Shown piece by piece: positions 28,583-40,186 of a stretch of DNA of 64,000 nucleotides. The stretch is taken from positions 928,001 through 992,000 of the forward strand of contig CBDFJR010000005.1 of assembly GCA_965248535.1 (NCBI GenBank), in the 5' to 3' direction. Origin of the DNA: Phormidesmis sp. (GTDB taxonomy: Bacteria > Cyanobacteriota > Cyanobacteriia > Leptolyngbyales > Leptolyngbyaceae). Under the pieces are notes generated by a model. That model did not search any database. It was not told the origin of the DNA and was given only the letters and a program-made list of their open reading frames with translations. Numbering within the stretch: the first letter of the stretch is position 1; every line of letters begins with the position of its first letter. The translations under genes and the position numbers were made by a program.

Positions 28583-29158
28583 TTAATAGTCGTAGATGTT
28601 GAAACGACCCACGCCTAAAAATAGACTAGAGCTATTGGTGCCGATCGGGTAAGCAGTGACCCCATATTGATAAACGCCTCCCGCCCTTGGGTTGTGATCC
28701 ACCTCTAGAGCAATCGTCACAGTTTGACCCGGAGCGATCGGGGGATTAAACACAAAAGTCGCCTCGCCCGGAGTCATTTCTCCGCCAATAGAAGCCAGAG
28801 GCACCGCCCTGCCTCCCCCAAAGCTGTCACCCAAGAAGGCATAGCTCTGACCGATATTGAGGGAGAGAGTTTCTGTATTTTTCTCCTGCGATACCTTGAT
28901 CGCTTGAAGCGGAGCACCCGCATCTTCGGGAACTCGAATCGTAAATTCATAGCTAGAAGGGACATCGGCTGCCGCAAAACTAGCCGCCGTGCGGATCAGC
29001 CGAGGGGCGTGATCAAAATAGCTTTGCCCTCTTAGCTGACCTGCGCTAGCAGACATTGCCACAAGAGCACCCGGAACCACACTGCTTAGGGCGATCGCGA
29101 TCAGACGTGAAGCGATTAAGCGAAGTTGAATCTGTATCGTTTGATTAAACATCTTCAT
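28583..29158 (-). CDS. DUF2808-like exported protein
   Basis: F..APRL, Y.FTI.VP.DAG.PL, FNPPIAPGQTVTI, NP..GGVYQYGVTAYP; start uncertain. Confidence 0.8.
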   Translation of the reverse strand: MKMFNQTIQIQLRLIASRLIAIALSSVVPGALVAMSASAGQLRGQSYFDHAPRLIRTAASFAAADVPSSYEFTIRVPEDAGAPLQAIKVSQEKNTETLSLNIGQSYAFLGDSFGGGRAVPLASIGGEMTPGEATFVFNPPIAPGQTVTIALEVDHNPRAGGVYQYGVTAYPIGTNSSSLFLGVGRFNIYDY

Positions 29159-29312
29159 GACCTCCAGAAGAAACGTTCTGGTTACCCATCTAGGCAATCA
29201 GTGAATGAGAAGCGTCAAGTTACCGGGCTAAATCCCTATCTAATCTATTCTGTCTGTATTGTAGATAACTATTTTCTGGCAGTTTAGAAAAGAGAGAAAC
29301 CTTAATGGCGCT

Positions 29313-30635
29313 TTATGCGTCAAACCGCAGAGCTTGACCGCGCACATCGGTCTGAAGTTTGCCGTGGTCATAAACGACTTGCCCCCCCACGATCGTCACC
29401 TGGGCCCAACCCGTCAGACTCCAGCCCTCAAAAGGGTTCCAGCCACATTTAGACAGCACTTCCTCTCGCAGCACCGGGTGATAATTTTCTAAATCTACCA
29501 GCACCAAATCGGCATCATAGCCCGGCGCGATCGCCCCTTTGTTGGGAATCTGATAAGCCTTAGCAACGGCACTCGACATCCAGTTTGCAACTTGGGCCAC
29601 GGTGCAGCGTCCCTGCACGGCTTGGGTCAACATCAGCGCTAGAGAGGTTTCAACTCCCGGCATCCCAGAAGGCGTGTTGGGGTAAGCCTGGGCCTTTTCT
29701 TCAAGGGTGTGGGGGGCGTGATCGGTGGCGATAAAATCGATCACTCCATCTAACAGGGCTTGCCAGAGAACATCATTATCGTGGGGCGATCGTAGCGGCG
29801 GATTCATCTGCGCCATCGTGCCGATCGTCGCGTAGGCGCTTGTGTTTAACAACAGGTGTTGAGGCGTGACTTCTGCGGTCACCCACGCGGGTTTTTCGTG
29901 CCGTAAAAGCTCGGCTTCTTCGCCCGTAGACAGGTGCAAAATGTGGAGACGACGGTGATATTTTTTAGACAGTTTTAGCGCTAATTGAGTCGCATTTAGA
30001 GCAGCTTGATTGTCTTGAATCTGGGAGTGAACGGCGGGATCGGTCTGTCCGGCAAATTGAGCGCGGCGATCGCGAATGCGAGCTTGGTCTTCAGCGTGAA
30101 CAGCAATCAAGCGATCGCCCTTGGCAAAAATTGGATCTAACGCGGTTTCTTCATCCACCAGCAAATCACCGTGCATCGATCCCATAAAAATCTTGATGCC
30201 CGGTGTTGGATTGGCTTCTAATAAGTCGGGCAAGTTTTCAGCCGTTGCGCCGATAAAAAATCCATAATTGACCAGGCATTTCTCAGAGGCACGTTTGAGT
30301 TTGTCATCTAGTGCAGATTGAGTAGTGGTCAATGGTCGCGTGTTGGGCATTTCTAAGAATGAGGTGATGCCGCCTCGCGCACAGGCACAACTTGCTGTAA
30401 ATAAGTCTTCCTTATACTCCAGTCCCGGTTCTCGAAAATGAACTTGAGGGTCAATCACGCCCGGCAACAAAGTTAATCCGGCTGCGTCAATTACCTTAGA
30501 GCGATCGTCAAGGGGCGAAAGATCTGCCCCAATCTCAACGATTTGCCCGTCTTGAATTTGCACTGCTCCCAGCATCAATTCACCACTGGGCAACAAAATT
30601 TGAGCGTTTTGAATCACCAGAGAGGGAGAAATCAT
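29313..30635 (-). CDS. pyrC: Dihydroorotase
   Basis: PGVIDPQVHFREPG, MPNT, VHAED, HILH, NPPLR, ATDHAPH. Confidence 0.9.
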   Translation of the reverse strand: MISPSLVIQNAQILLPSGELMLGAVQIQDGQIVEIGADLSPLDDRSKVIDAAGLTLLPGVIDPQVHFREPGLEYKEDLFTASCACARGGITSFLEMPNTRPLTTTQSALDDKLKRASEKCLVNYGFFIGATAENLPDLLEANPTPGIKIFMGSMHGDLLVDEETALDPIFAKGDRLIAVHAEDQARIRDRRAQFAGQTDPAVHSQIQDNQAALNATQLALKLSKKYHRRLHILHLSTGEEAELLRHEKPAWVTAEVTPQHLLLNTSAYATIGTMAQMNPPLRSPHDNDVLWQALLDGVIDFIATDHAPHTLEEKAQAYPNTPSGMPGVETSLALMLTQAVQGRCTVAQVANWMSSAVAKAYQIPNKGAIAPGYDADLVLVDLENYHPVLREEVLSKCGWNPFEGWSLTGWAQVTIVGGQVVYDHGKLQTDVRGQALRFDA

Positions 30636-30818
30636 GATAAAAAATACTGATTTTGAGTGGACTGGAAGAATCTAGATTATAGGGGGATAGTAGAGGGTAG
30701 AAATGCCCCGTAAACTTTGGATCATCCCATCCGACTCGGTTCGATTTGACATTTATTGAATAAACTAGATAGGCAGCCGTTGCCCAACCTCCTGCTTTGA
30801 CTCTGCACTTAAAACCCT

Positions 30819-31412
30819 ATGACTCGCGTAGACAACCCGGCACCTGGTGACAAACCTCAGCCAAAAGATGAAAATCCCTGGCTTGAAGGACTGAAGACCA
30901 TTGGACTGAGCGCAATTTTAGCCATTGGCATTCGTCAGTTTGTGGCAGAGGCGCGCTACATTCCTTCTGGCTCAATGCTGCCGACGCTGCAAATCAACGA
31001 TCGCTTAATTGTTGACAAACTTAGCTATCGGTTTAACACGCCTCAACGGGGCGATATTGTCGTCTTTTCGCCCACCAGCACTTTAGAAAAGCAGAACTTT
31101 CACGATGCCTTTATCAAACGGGTGATTGGGCTGCCGGGCGACAAAGTAGAGGTCAAAGGTGGGCGTGTCTATGTCAACGACCAGGCTTTAAGAGAAAACT
31201 ACATTGAGGAAGACCCTCAATATCAGTGGGGCCCACAGACGGTGCCACCTGGCTCTTATTTGGTGTTGGGTGACAATCGCAACAACAGCTACGACAGCCA
31301 CTATTGGGGCTTTGTGCCTCGCGAGAAGATCATCGGCCGGGCTGTGGTGAGGTTTTGGCCGCCCAACCGTGTTGGAGAAATCACGCCAGAACCCAGCTAC
31401 AACAACAAATAA
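30819..31412 (+). CDS. lepB: Signal peptidase I
   Basis: [32 protein letters not shown]. Confidence 0.96.
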   Translation: MTRVDNPAPGDKPQPKDENPWLEGLKTIGLSAILAIGIRQFVAEARYIPSGSMLPTLQINDRLIVDKLSYRFNTPQRGDIVVFSPTSTLEKQNFHDAFIKRVIGLPGDKVEVKGGRVYVNDQALRENYIEEDPQYQWGPQTVPPGSYLVLGDNRNNSYDSHYWGFVPREKIIGRAVVRFWPPNRVGEITPEPSYNNK

Positions 31413-31463
31413 ATAAAGTCGGGTTGCAGCCCATTGGTTGATCTTTCAATGTCTGATCTCTTT

Positions 31464-32705
31464 TTAGGGGCACCAAGTACGCAGGACTTGCCCGACTAGC
31501 GGCTTGCCCAGCCAAGGGGTGTTGAACGATCGTGATTTCAGACTCTGACCGTTCACCGTCCACGGCAAGTTTGGATCAAACAGGGTGAGTTCCGCAGGCT
31601 GACCTGGCGCGATCGCCGCCATTGTTTGCCCTAAACAAGCGGCAGGACTGGAACTGAGGCTACGCCATAGCTCCAAAGCTGACCACTGTTGGGTCGTGAC
31701 TAGAGTTTGCCACAGCAGGGGGAGGGCGAGTTCTAGCCCGATCGCTCCAGGGGGCGCTTCTGAGAAGGCGACGGTTTTTTCTTCATAGGTGTAGGGCGTG
31801 TGATCGATGGCGATCGCGTCAATCACCCCGTCTCGAACCGCTTGCAGGAGGGCAACTTGATCGCTTGGATTGCCTAAGGGTGGCTCTAGTCGCAGATTGG
31901 GATCGTAATGCGCGATCGCTTGGGTGTTGAGCAACAGGTGCATCCACGTCACGCTGGCCGAAATCGGTAGACCCCGTGCTTTGGCGGCTCGAATCAGTTC
32001 CACACTCCGAGCGGTCGAGACTCGCATCAGGTGAAGGGGAGTACCGAGTTCTTCGACACATTCTAAAAGAGCCGATAGGGCCGTCGTTTCTGACAGGGCG
32101 GGATCTCCGGGCAGCCCAAACCGAATGGATTCTATCCCCTCTCGCATTACACCATTGCCGACCAGCGATCGGTCACAGGCCCACAGCGCTACAGGTTTTT
32201 TTAACGGCTGAAGATATTCTAATAACCGCCGCACTAGGGCAAGATTGGCGATCGGGTGCCCGTCGGCAAATCCCACTACACCGGATTGCGCCAGTTCAGA
32301 CAGTTCGGTCATCTGCTGACCTTGGGCATGAAGCGTTAAAGCACCCCAGCAGGAAAGCTTTGAGTTTTGCTTAAACCAAGTGACCGCAGCCGGATTGTCA
32401 ATCGTCGGGTTGGTATCCGGCAAAATAGCCAGCCGCGTGAAACCACCAGCGATCGCTGCTTGACCCAGCGATTCCAGAGTCTCCCGTTCTTCAAAGCCGG
32501 GTTCTCCAGAATGGCTATAGAGGTCAACCAGTCCCGACCCTAAGACCAGACTTTGAGGCGGATAAATTTGAGCATCGGGCGGAATCTCGTGGATGTGAGG
32601 CGCGATCGTCTGAATCATGCCGTCTTTGATCATCACATCGACCACCCGATCAGTCATTGAAGTCGGGTCAAGCAGCCGGACTTGTTGGAGCAGTTCGATC
32701 GTCAT
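31464..32705 (-). CDS. Dihydroorotase-like protein (PyrC', probably non-catalytic)
   Basis: DLYSHSGEPG, replaced metal ligands (LWAC, HLMR), IAIDHTPY, NTPW.G. Confidence 0.85.
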   Translation of the reverse strand: MTIELLQQVRLLDPTSMTDRVVDVMIKDGMIQTIAPHIHEIPPDAQIYPPQSLVLGSGLVDLYSHSGEPGFEERETLESLGQAAIAGGFTRLAILPDTNPTIDNPAAVTWFKQNSKLSCWGALTLHAQGQQMTELSELAQSGVVGFADGHPIANLALVRRLLEYLQPLKKPVALWACDRSLVGNGVMREGIESIRFGLPGDPALSETTALSALLECVEELGTPLHLMRVSTARSVELIRAAKARGLPISASVTWMHLLLNTQAIAHYDPNLRLEPPLGNPSDQVALLQAVRDGVIDAIAIDHTPYTYEEKTVAFSEAPPGAIGLELALPLLWQTLVTTQQWSALELWRSLSSSPAACLGQTMAAIAPGQPAELTLFDPNLPWTVNGQSLKSRSFNTPWLGKPLVGQVLRTWCP

Positions 32706-32714
32706 ACAGGTTTT

Positions 32715-34064
32715 CTAAAGTGCCCCGGCCGCAGTCTTGTCTAAAACGCCTCCCAAGTGCGTTGTGATGTTCATTGCCTGCATGAGAGGGGCCGCCTCAA
32801 CCCCTTGCGGGTAGTCAATGACGCTGACGGCTCCGTTGCCTTGCTTAAAGTTCCAAAACGCTTCGGCACCCAAGCCAGCGACGTGACAGAGAATCGCTTT
32901 GTTAATCGCATCGTGGGCAACCACTAAAATTGTGTAGGGTTCGTCAGCCGGACGGGTTGCTGCCTCGTTGATGATGGCTTGCCAGCCCGCGATCGCGCGA
33001 TTCCACACGTCTTGCAGATTTTCGCCGTCGGGCATTTGCACGGTTTCGGGGTGCTGCTGCCACTGGTGAAGCAAGCCGGGATAGGATTGCTCAATTTCGG
33101 CTTCGAGTTTGCCTTCCCATAAGCCGTGGCTGATTTCTCTCAGGTCATCTCGCAGAGTTAACTCAAGGTCAGGATGATGCTGAAGAATAATCTCTGCCGT
33201 CTCTTTGGGCCGCAGCATAGAGCTACTGATCGCGTGGTCAATTTGTACAGATTTGAGGAATTCTCCCGCTTGAGCGGCTTGCGATCGTCCATTGTCATTG
33301 AGCGGCACATCAATCTGTCCCTGAAACCGCCCTTGACGATTCCACTCGGTTTCACCATGCCGCACCAATAACAGCCGCAGTCCTTGACTTTTTGACTTGC
33401 GAGGCGGCAGCGTTTCGCCCAAATGAGACGTAATATTCAACGACTCAATTTGCACGGGTTGCCCATATTCACCAGAGAAATTGAGGATGCTGATGCCGCA
33501 ATTTGAGACGTGGAAACGCTGATAATCTTCGGGCTGAAGCCCGATCGCTGTATTAATCAGTGCCCGATTGATGCCACTATGAGCCACGATTAAAATCGTC
33601 TGTCCGGCATGGTCAGGCAGGGTGTCTTGCCAAAATTGACGCGCTTGCTCATAGATCGCTGGAACGGGCAAAAAATCGACGCTGCCATTTTCATCTGACA
33701 GGCTCATCTTTAGCAAATGAGGCTGCGATCGCCAATCTTCAAACTCATCGGGATATTTCTCCTCGACTTCGTTAAACAGCAGCCCTTCCCACAGGGGCAG
33801 ATTGATTTCTCGCAGGTCTTCGCTGGTTTGCAAGTGAGGAGGGTGATCAGAATTAGACAGAATCAACTCCGCCGTGCGCTTTGCCCGATTTAATGGGCTG
33901 CTATAAGCCGCATCTAGCAAAATTCCTTTAAGAGCAGTGGCGACCTGCACCGCCATCGATTCCCCTTTGGCAGTCAGCCGCGACAAGTCACAATGTCCTT
34001 GCACCCGTCGCTCGACGTTATAGCTGCTCTCGCCGTGACGCACGATGATGACGCGAGTAGTCAA
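32715..34064 (-). CDS. Tandem histidine phosphatase (phosphoglycerate mutase family)
   Basis: Two RHGE motifs and two VAH motifs. Confidence 0.92.
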   Translation of the reverse strand: MTTRVIIVRHGESSYNVERRVQGHCDLSRLTAKGESMAVQVATALKGILLDAAYSSPLNRAKRTAELILSNSDHPPHLQTSEDLREINLPLWEGLLFNEVEEKYPDEFEDWRSQPHLLKMSLSDENGSVDFLPVPAIYEQARQFWQDTLPDHAGQTILIVAHSGINRALINTAIGLQPEDYQRFHVSNCGISILNFSGEYGQPVQIESLNITSHLGETLPPRKSKSQGLRLLLVRHGETEWNRQGRFQGQIDVPLNDNGRSQAAQAGEFLKSVQIDHAISSSMLRPKETAEIILQHHPDLELTLRDDLREISHGLWEGKLEAEIEQSYPGLLHQWQQHPETVQMPDGENLQDVWNRAIAGWQAIINEAATRPADEPYTILVVAHDAINKAILCHVAGLGAEAFWNFKQGNGAVSVIDYPQGVEAAPLMQAMNITTHLGGVLDKTAAGAL

Positions 34065-34184
34065 AGGGAAGCCTCCATTGGGTAAAGTTTTTGAGTCAGG
34101 AAGATTTTACCCCGTCCGGCGTTCTCCTCGCCAATTCTGCTAAGTTTGACCATGGGGCACCGATGCGAATGGATGGGGGAAGCA

Positions 34185-35717
34185 ATGACGTTGAAGCGGT
34201 TAGTTTTGGGCGCACTGACGATTTTGGCGATCGTCTTCGTGGTGAGCGATTTGGTCAATAGCTGGAGTCAGCCCCAGTTTAGTAGCCGCTTAGAACTCTA
34301 TGAGACCGATTTGATGCTGCAAGCCTATGAATCGAGAGACGTGCAAGCATACAAGCCAAAAGACGTTGGCCCCGATTCTAATCCTTTGTCGTTCTCGGTT
34401 GATAACCCGGTCAAGTCAGCGCTAGAAAGCTATCAAAAGGCTCAAAAGGCAACTCAAACCGATATTAATACCGCCGAAGCAAAGCTGAAGCTTCCCGCAA
34501 AAACGCCTGGGGTAGACGATTCTTCTACGACGACCAAGCAACTCACCAAACAAAAATCTCTGATTAAAGAGTTAGACCTGCGGGTAGGAATTCTTCAAAC
34601 CCAGCAAAAACAGGTGCCTGAAGCGCTAAAAACCTGGGCTGCTCTCAAAGAAGAGTCTGATTCAACGGCGGTCACGGCCCAAGTTTTATCAGGGTTGTGG
34701 AGTCAGCCGCCTTTGCTGTTGCCCAACGCAGAGCCGCAGATCACAAAGCATTTAGATGGCTGGTTTCGCTATCGGGCATTGACTCAGCTTTATCAGTTGC
34801 AACAGCGATCGGACACTCTCAACCAGCTTCAAACCGCCGAACAGCAGACCGCAAAACAGGCCTTTACTCGCTGGGCCACGGCGAATGCAATTCCGGCTGT
34901 TGCCATTTTCTCAGGTGCGTCGCTGCTGATTTTTCTGCTCGGACAGTGGGCAATCAAAGGCAAACAAGCTGTCTTATCGGGGACGAATGACATTCACTGG
35001 TCAGTGCCGTGGAATGGTGAAATCGTCTGGCAGGTGTTAGTCGTCGGGTTTTTCTTTGTGGGGCAGATTGTGTTGCCGATCGTCAGTCAATCCACTTTGG
35101 CGACGCTCAAAATCAATCCTGCAACCCTGGGAGAACGAGCTAAAGCAACTTATTATCTGGTCACCTATCTTTTGTTGGCAGCAGGCGGATTGAGCGTCTT
35201 GTATGGGTCGATCAAATCATTTTTGCCCCTGCCGGAGAAATGGTTTCACCTCACCTTTAAAGGCAAATGGTTTTGGTGGGGCTTGGGCGGATATTTAGCG
35301 GCGTTTCCTCTAGTGGTGGTGGTGTCGCTGCTCAATCAGCAAATTTGGCAAGGGCGCGGGGGGAGTAATCCCATTTTGCCGATCGCGCTCGAAGGGAAAG
35401 ATAGCCTGGCGATCGCTATCTTTTTTGTCACGGCAGCGATCGCGGCTCCGTTTTTTGAAGAAATCTTTTTTAGAGGATTTCTCTTGCCCTCACTGACGCG
35501 CTACTGCTCGACCTGGCAAGCCATTTTGCTCAGTAGCTTTTTGTTTGCGGTGGTGCATCTGAGTCTCTCAGAAGTGATTCCCCTCATGACGTTGGGCATG
35601 GTGCTGGGATTTGTCTACACCCGCACCCAAAATCTGCTCGCCTCGATACTGCTGCACAGCTTGTGGAATAGCGGCACACTGGTGAGTCTGCTGATTTTGG
35701 GGAGCGGAAATTCTTAG
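34185..35717 (+). CDS. CPBP/Abi-family intramembrane protease
   Basis: EEIFFRG, FAVVH, HSLWN; start uncertain (34146-34185). Confidence 0.9.
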   Translation: MTLKRLVLGALTILAIVFVVSDLVNSWSQPQFSSRLELYETDLMLQAYESRDVQAYKPKDVGPDSNPLSFSVDNPVKSALESYQKAQKATQTDINTAEAKLKLPAKTPGVDDSSTTTKQLTKQKSLIKELDLRVGILQTQQKQVPEALKTWAALKEESDSTAVTAQVLSGLWSQPPLLLPNAEPQITKHLDGWFRYRALTQLYQLQQRSDTLNQLQTAEQQTAKQAFTRWATANAIPAVAIFSGASLLIFLLGQWAIKGKQAVLSGTNDIHWSVPWNGEIVWQVLVVGFFFVGQIVLPIVSQSTLATLKINPATLGERAKATYYLVTYLLLAAGGLSVLYGSIKSFLPLPEKWFHLTFKGKWFWWGLGGYLAAFPLVVVVSLLNQQIWQGRGGSNPILPIALEGKDSLAIAIFFVTAAIAAPFFEEIFFRGFLLPSLTRYCSTWQAILLSSFLFAVVHLSLSEVIPLMTLGMVLGFVYTRTQNLLASILLHSLWNSGTLVSLLILGSGNS

Positions 35718-35802
35718 ATTTTGGCAAAGCTGGGCGGTTTGTTCGTTACGTCCTCTGGGTGGGCACATTGAGTGCGAACTCTCACCCCCCAAAACGAAGA
35801 CC

Positions 35803-36066
35803 ATGACAACCGGAACCTCTAACGACGCAAGTAAAAAAGTTACCGCAGGGATTTGCGGAATCTTGATCGGTGCTTTTGGCGTTCACAAATTCGTGTTGGG
35901 CTATAAGACTGAAGGGCTGATCATGCTGCTAGGAAGCCTTTTAACTTTCGGTCTTGCGTCTCCTATCTTCGGCATTATCGGCTTGATCGAAGGCATTATC
36001 TATCTGACCAAAAGCGACGAAGAATTTATCAGCACCTACATCACGGGCAAAAAAGGCTGGCTTTAA
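35803..36066 (+). CDS. TM2-domain protein
   Basis: KKVTAGICGILIGAFGVHKFVLG..IEGIIYLTKSDEEF. Confidence 0.9.
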   Translation: MTTGTSNDASKKVTAGICGILIGAFGVHKFVLGYKTEGLIMLLGSLLTFGLASPIFGIIGLIEGIIYLTKSDEEFISTYITGKKGWL

Positions 36067-36179
36067 GATTAAGATTCGCTGACGATCGCCAACGTTCAAA
36101 ATCCTGGTTTTTTGCATTTTCCCTGAAGCATTTCACCAGGTTTTTTTGATCTCAACTTAAACTTTACTGAAACTCCCCC

Positions 36180-36383
36180 ATGTTCAAACCTAAAAGGATT
36201 GCTGCGATCGTCCTCCTTGCCATGTTGGGCGCAGGCTATTTCGAGACGTTCTCGAATCTAGAGATTAATTTTTTCGTCAGAAACTATCTGATCTTGGTTC
36301 CCGTTCAGCTTGGCATTTTGGTCTATCTATTTGGCTGGCGACGCACCGCTAACCAAGCCACGATCGAGACTGAAAAAATTTAA
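36180..36383 (+). CDS. Small hypothetical membrane protein
   Basis: Two hydrophobic segments, ATG start. Confidence 0.55.
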   Translation: MFKPKRIAAIVLLAMLGAGYFETFSNLEINFFVRNYLILVPVQLGILVYLFGWRRTANQATIETEKI

Positions 36384-36456
36384 GGTTTTTCGGGCGATCG
36401 TACAAAACTTCATCTACTCTCAAGAAAGGAGCCTGTGAATTCCCCTTGAGTGTGCG

Positions 36457-38889
36457 ATGCAAACCACGTCAAAACCAGAAATAACTGCCCCCATTCCAAA
36501 CCCAATCACTCTAGACGTGAGCGGCATGAAATGCGCGGGCTGTGTCAAAGCCGTCGAGAATGCCCTCACTCAAGAGCCAGGGGTGATTTCTGCCACGGTG
36601 AATCTCGTCACAGAGTTAGCCACTGTTGAATGTGAATCGGTTATCGATCCCGCCCGATTAGCCGAAAAACTGACCGCAGCCGGATTTCCGAGTCAGCCTC
36701 GCTATCCCGATGGCGCTCCAGAAGACGCAGGCTTGATCGATCTGGCAGAACGGCGACGATTAGACACTCAACAGCAGACTCGTAGCCTCGCGATCGCCAT
36801 TTTTCTCCTCGTGATCTCCACGATCGGGCACCTCAATCAACTCGCGGGCATCACCATTTTCGGACTCAGCAACATCTGGCTGCACTGCGGGTTAGCCGCG
36901 ATCGCCCTAGCCGTGCCGGGACGATCGATGATCATCGACGGCTGGAAAGGACTGCGCCGCAACGCTCCTAACATGAACACGCTCGTGGGTCTGGGCACCG
37001 TCACCGCCTTTACGGCCAGTTTAATTGCGCTCTTAGTTCCCCAACTCGGCTGGGAGTGCTTTTTTGATGAGCCTGTGATGTTAGTCGGCTTTATTTTGCT
37101 CGGTCGCACCTTAGAGCAACGGGCTAGAAGCCGGGCTGCATCATCGCTTCAGGCGCTTTTAGCCCTTCAACCCCAAACCGCCCGATTGGTCAAAAACACC
37201 GATCGAGAATCCTTTGACCCAGCATCCTTTGTGCCGCATCTCTCGACGGAAATTTCGGTCGATCGCATTCGCGTGGGTGAATGGCTGCAAGTGCTGCCGA
37301 GCGAAAAGATCCCCGTTGATGGCGAAGTCGTCGCCGGACAAACCACCCTAGACGAATCAATGCTGACGGGTGAGCCTGTCCCGGTGCAAAAGCAGCCCGG
37401 CGATCGCGTCTCAGCCGGAACCCTCAATCAGTCAGGGGCGATCGCCATTCGCGCCAGTCGCATCGGCAAAGACACCACCCTAGCGCGAATTATTCATCTC
37501 GTCGAAGATGCCCAAGCCCGCAAAGCCCCGATTCAGAAATTAGCAGACACGATCGCGGGTTATTTTACCTACGGTGTGATGGCGATCGCTACCCTCACCT
37601 TTCTATTCTGGTATTTCATCGGCACTCACATCTGGCCCCAAGTGTTGATGGTAGGTCAAGCTTTGGGCAGCGAGCACGCCATGCACCACCTTGATCCATC
37701 AGCCGTCACAATTCATCCTTCCCCGCTCTTACTCAGTCTTAAACTCGCGATCGCCGTTCTAGTAATTGCTTGCCCCTGCGCCCTCGGATTGGCCACCCCC
37801 ACCGCGATTTTGGTCGGGTCGGGCATCGGTGCCGAGAGAGGACTGTTGATTCGAGGCGGCGACGTGCTAGAGCGAGTTCATGCTTTGGATACGATCGTTT
37901 TTGACAAAACAGGCACCCTCACCACGGGGCACCCGATCGTCACTGATTGCATTATATTTAGCCCGTGCGATCGAGAGTTTGACCTGCTGCAACTCGCCGC
38001 CACCGTTGAAAGTGGAACCCGCCACCCGCTTGCCGAGGCGATTATCCGGGCGGCCCATCAGCAAAACATTACTCTGCTCTCTGCCCAAGCCTTTCACACT
38101 GAGCCAGGGTTTGGCGTGTCGGCGCTGGTGTCTCGATCTGACTCAGAGCCTCAGTCTGTTTGGCTCGGCACCTTAGACTGGATGGAGAAAAACGGAGTCG
38201 TCGTAGAGGCGGCACCCCAAGCCCAGGCGCAAACCCTAGCCCAAACGGGTAAAACAGTCGTCTATCTGGCCATGGCCCAAACCTTGATGGGTCTGATTGC
38301 GGTCACCGATACCGTCAGATCCGATGCCCAAGAAACCGTTCAGTCCCTCCAAAAAATGGGGTTGCGCGTAATGCTGCTGACGGGCGATCGTCGGGAAACC
38401 GCTCAAACCGTTGCCCAAGCGCTCAACATTTCTTTAGAAAACGTCTTGTCAGAGGTTCGCCCAGAGCAAAAAGCCGAGGTGATCCGATCGCTGCAAGGTG
38501 AAAGCCCTAAACCCTCTCTCGTCGCGATGGTCGGAGACGGCATCAACGACGCGCCTGCCCTGGCTCAAGCCGATGTAGGTATAGCCCTCAAATCAGGCAC
38601 CGATGTCGCAGTCGAGACGGCCGGCATTGTCTTGATGCGCGATCGGCTCACCGATGTCGTCGAAGCCTTGCACCTCAGCCGGGTCACCTTTGGCAAAATT
38701 CGGCAAAACTTGTTTTGGGCCTTTGCCTATAATCTGCTGGGCATCCCGATCGCCGCTGGCATCCTGCTGCCAAAATTTGGAATTCTGCTCAGTCCTGCCG
38801 CCGCCGGAGCTTTGATGGCTTTTAGCTCGGTTAGCGTCGTGACAAACTCCCTGCTCTTGCGTCGAGCTTTTGCTTTGCCTCGTGGTTGA
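36457..38889 (+). CDS. Cu(I)-type P1B ATPase (CtaA-like)
   Basis: [44 protein letters not shown]. Confidence 0.95.
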   Translation: MQTTSKPEITAPIPNPITLDVSGMKCAGCVKAVENALTQEPGVISATVNLVTELATVECESVIDPARLAEKLTAAGFPSQPRYPDGAPEDAGLIDLAERRRLDTQQQTRSLAIAIFLLVISTIGHLNQLAGITIFGLSNIWLHCGLAAIALAVPGRSMIIDGWKGLRRNAPNMNTLVGLGTVTAFTASLIALLVPQLGWECFFDEPVMLVGFILLGRTLEQRARSRAASSLQALLALQPQTARLVKNTDRESFDPASFVPHLSTEISVDRIRVGEWLQVLPSEKIPVDGEVVAGQTTLDESMLTGEPVPVQKQPGDRVSAGTLNQSGAIAIRASRIGKDTTLARIIHLVEDAQARKAPIQKLADTIAGYFTYGVMAIATLTFLFWYFIGTHIWPQVLMVGQALGSEHAMHHLDPSAVTIHPSPLLLSLKLAIAVLVIACPCALGLATPTAILVGSGIGAERGLLIRGGDVLERVHALDTIVFDKTGTLTTGHPIVTDCIIFSPCDREFDLLQLAATVESGTRHPLAEAIIRAAHQQNITLLSAQAFHTEPGFGVSALVSRSDSEPQSVWLGTLDWMEKNGVVVEAAPQAQAQTLAQTGKTVVYLAMAQTLMGLIAVTDTVRSDAQETVQSLQKMGLRVMLLTGDRRETAQTVAQALNISLENVLSEVRPEQKAEVIRSLQGESPKPSLVAMVGDGINDAPALAQADVGIALKSGTDVAVETAGIVLMRDRLTDVVEALHLSRVTFGKIRQNLFWAFAYNLLGIPIAAGILLPKFGILLSPAAAGALMAFSSVSVVTNSLLLRRAFALPRG

Positions 38890-39203
38890 GAGACGAGTTG
38901 CCCCCGATCGCGGTTAAGTCTCATTTTAATGCCTTCAAAATTTATTTGGTGCTCTATGGCTGTGGTCTAATAAATCAGAGGTTCGCTCACGATCGGCAAA
39001 TCTGACCGTTTGCACCCGTCGCCATCAGCCCAGATCTTGCTCCCTCATTCTGGAGAATTGGGAGATTCTCAGGAATGAGACACGACCTGAGAAAACCTTC
39101 TGAATCGGTACTAGCACTGAGTTGCTCTCAACCCCATCGGGTATCTTAGCTAGATAGGTTGCCAGTTCTCGTTCCTAGTCCCTCGCCAACCCTTTGACGT
39201 TTC

Positions 39204-39626
39204 ATGCCCTCAGAACCGCAGCAAAATCACCTGTTAATCATAGAAGACGATAAGGGACGACGCGAATTTGTCCTTGATGCGCCCGTTTATTCGATCGGCA
39301 GAGACCCAAAGTGTGATATTCGCTTGGTGTCTCAGTTTGTGTCTCGTCGCCATGCAACGCTGCTTCAGCTACCCAACGAAGATGGCACTTACTATTATCG
39401 AGTGGTAGACGGCAACCTCAAGGGCAAACCCAGCGCCAATGGCTTGTTGATCAATGGGCGAAAGCTGCAAACCCATGACCTTAGAAATGAGGATGAAGTG
39501 GTTTTTGGCCCTCAAGTGCGGGCAATTTATTATTTACTAAAGCGGGAAGCGGTGATGACAGTGCCGCCCGATGAGTTTGATATCACGCTGATCAGCCCTA
39601 ATATGGTGGGTGACCCAGAAGACTAG
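39204..39626 (+). CDS. FHA-domain protein
   Basis: IGRD, VSRRHA, SANGLLING. Confidence 0.92.
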   Translation: MPSEPQQNHLLIIEDDKGRREFVLDAPVYSIGRDPKCDIRLVSQFVSRRHATLLQLPNEDGTYYYRVVDGNLKGKPSANGLLINGRKLQTHDLRNEDEVVFGPQVRAIYYLLKREAVMTVPPDEFDITLISPNMVGDPED

Positions 39627-39732
39627 GCGGGTCTCCATTCAAGGCGCACCCTCCGTAAATTCGCTTAGCGCGATATACTAGCACTTGACCCGACCCTTTT
39701 GGGTCAGCTACAGGTTTTATCTCTAAACTGCG

Positions 39733-40161
39733 ATGCCTTCCGACCCTTACCAAGACCATTTTTTGATTATCAAAGATGACACCGGAGAGCGGAAAGAACC
39801 CCTTCAGGAGTCTCGCTATTCGGTGGGTAGAGATGTCGAGTGTGATATTCGGCTGATCTCTCAGTTTGTCTCTCGCTATCATGCGACGATCGAGCAGCAA
39901 GTTAACCCCGATGGCACCTGCTCTTATCGCATTAAAGACGGTGACCAAAACGGCAAGCCCAGCGCCAATGGGCTGTTGATTGAGGGTCGGCGGCTGCGAT
40001 CGCACGATCTCAGCGATCGTGATGAGGTGATTTTTGGGCCGCAGGTTAAAGTCACTTATCACCTGCTTCGGCGAGATGCCTATGCAACGGTGCCGCCTGA
40101 CGAGTTTGACATCACCCTGATCAACCCTGGCACGGCAGAGTTAGATAGTCTAGATGAGTAG
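39733..40161 (+). CDS. FHA-domain protein (tandem paralog)
   Basis: VGRD, VSRYHA, SANGLLIEG; shares TVPPDEFDITLI. Confidence 0.92.
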   Translation: MPSDPYQDHFLIIKDDTGERKEPLQESRYSVGRDVECDIRLISQFVSRYHATIEQQVNPDGTCSYRIKDGDQNGKPSANGLLIEGRRLRSHDLSDRDEVIFGPQVKVTYHLLRRDAYATVPPDEFDITLINPGTAELDSLDE

Positions 40162-40186
40162 ACTCGTCTAGACCTGCGATCGCGCC

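Noticed and set aside
29313..32705. Two dihydroorotase genes as a novelty
   Set aside because: An active PyrC plus an inactive PyrC' is an established arrangement.
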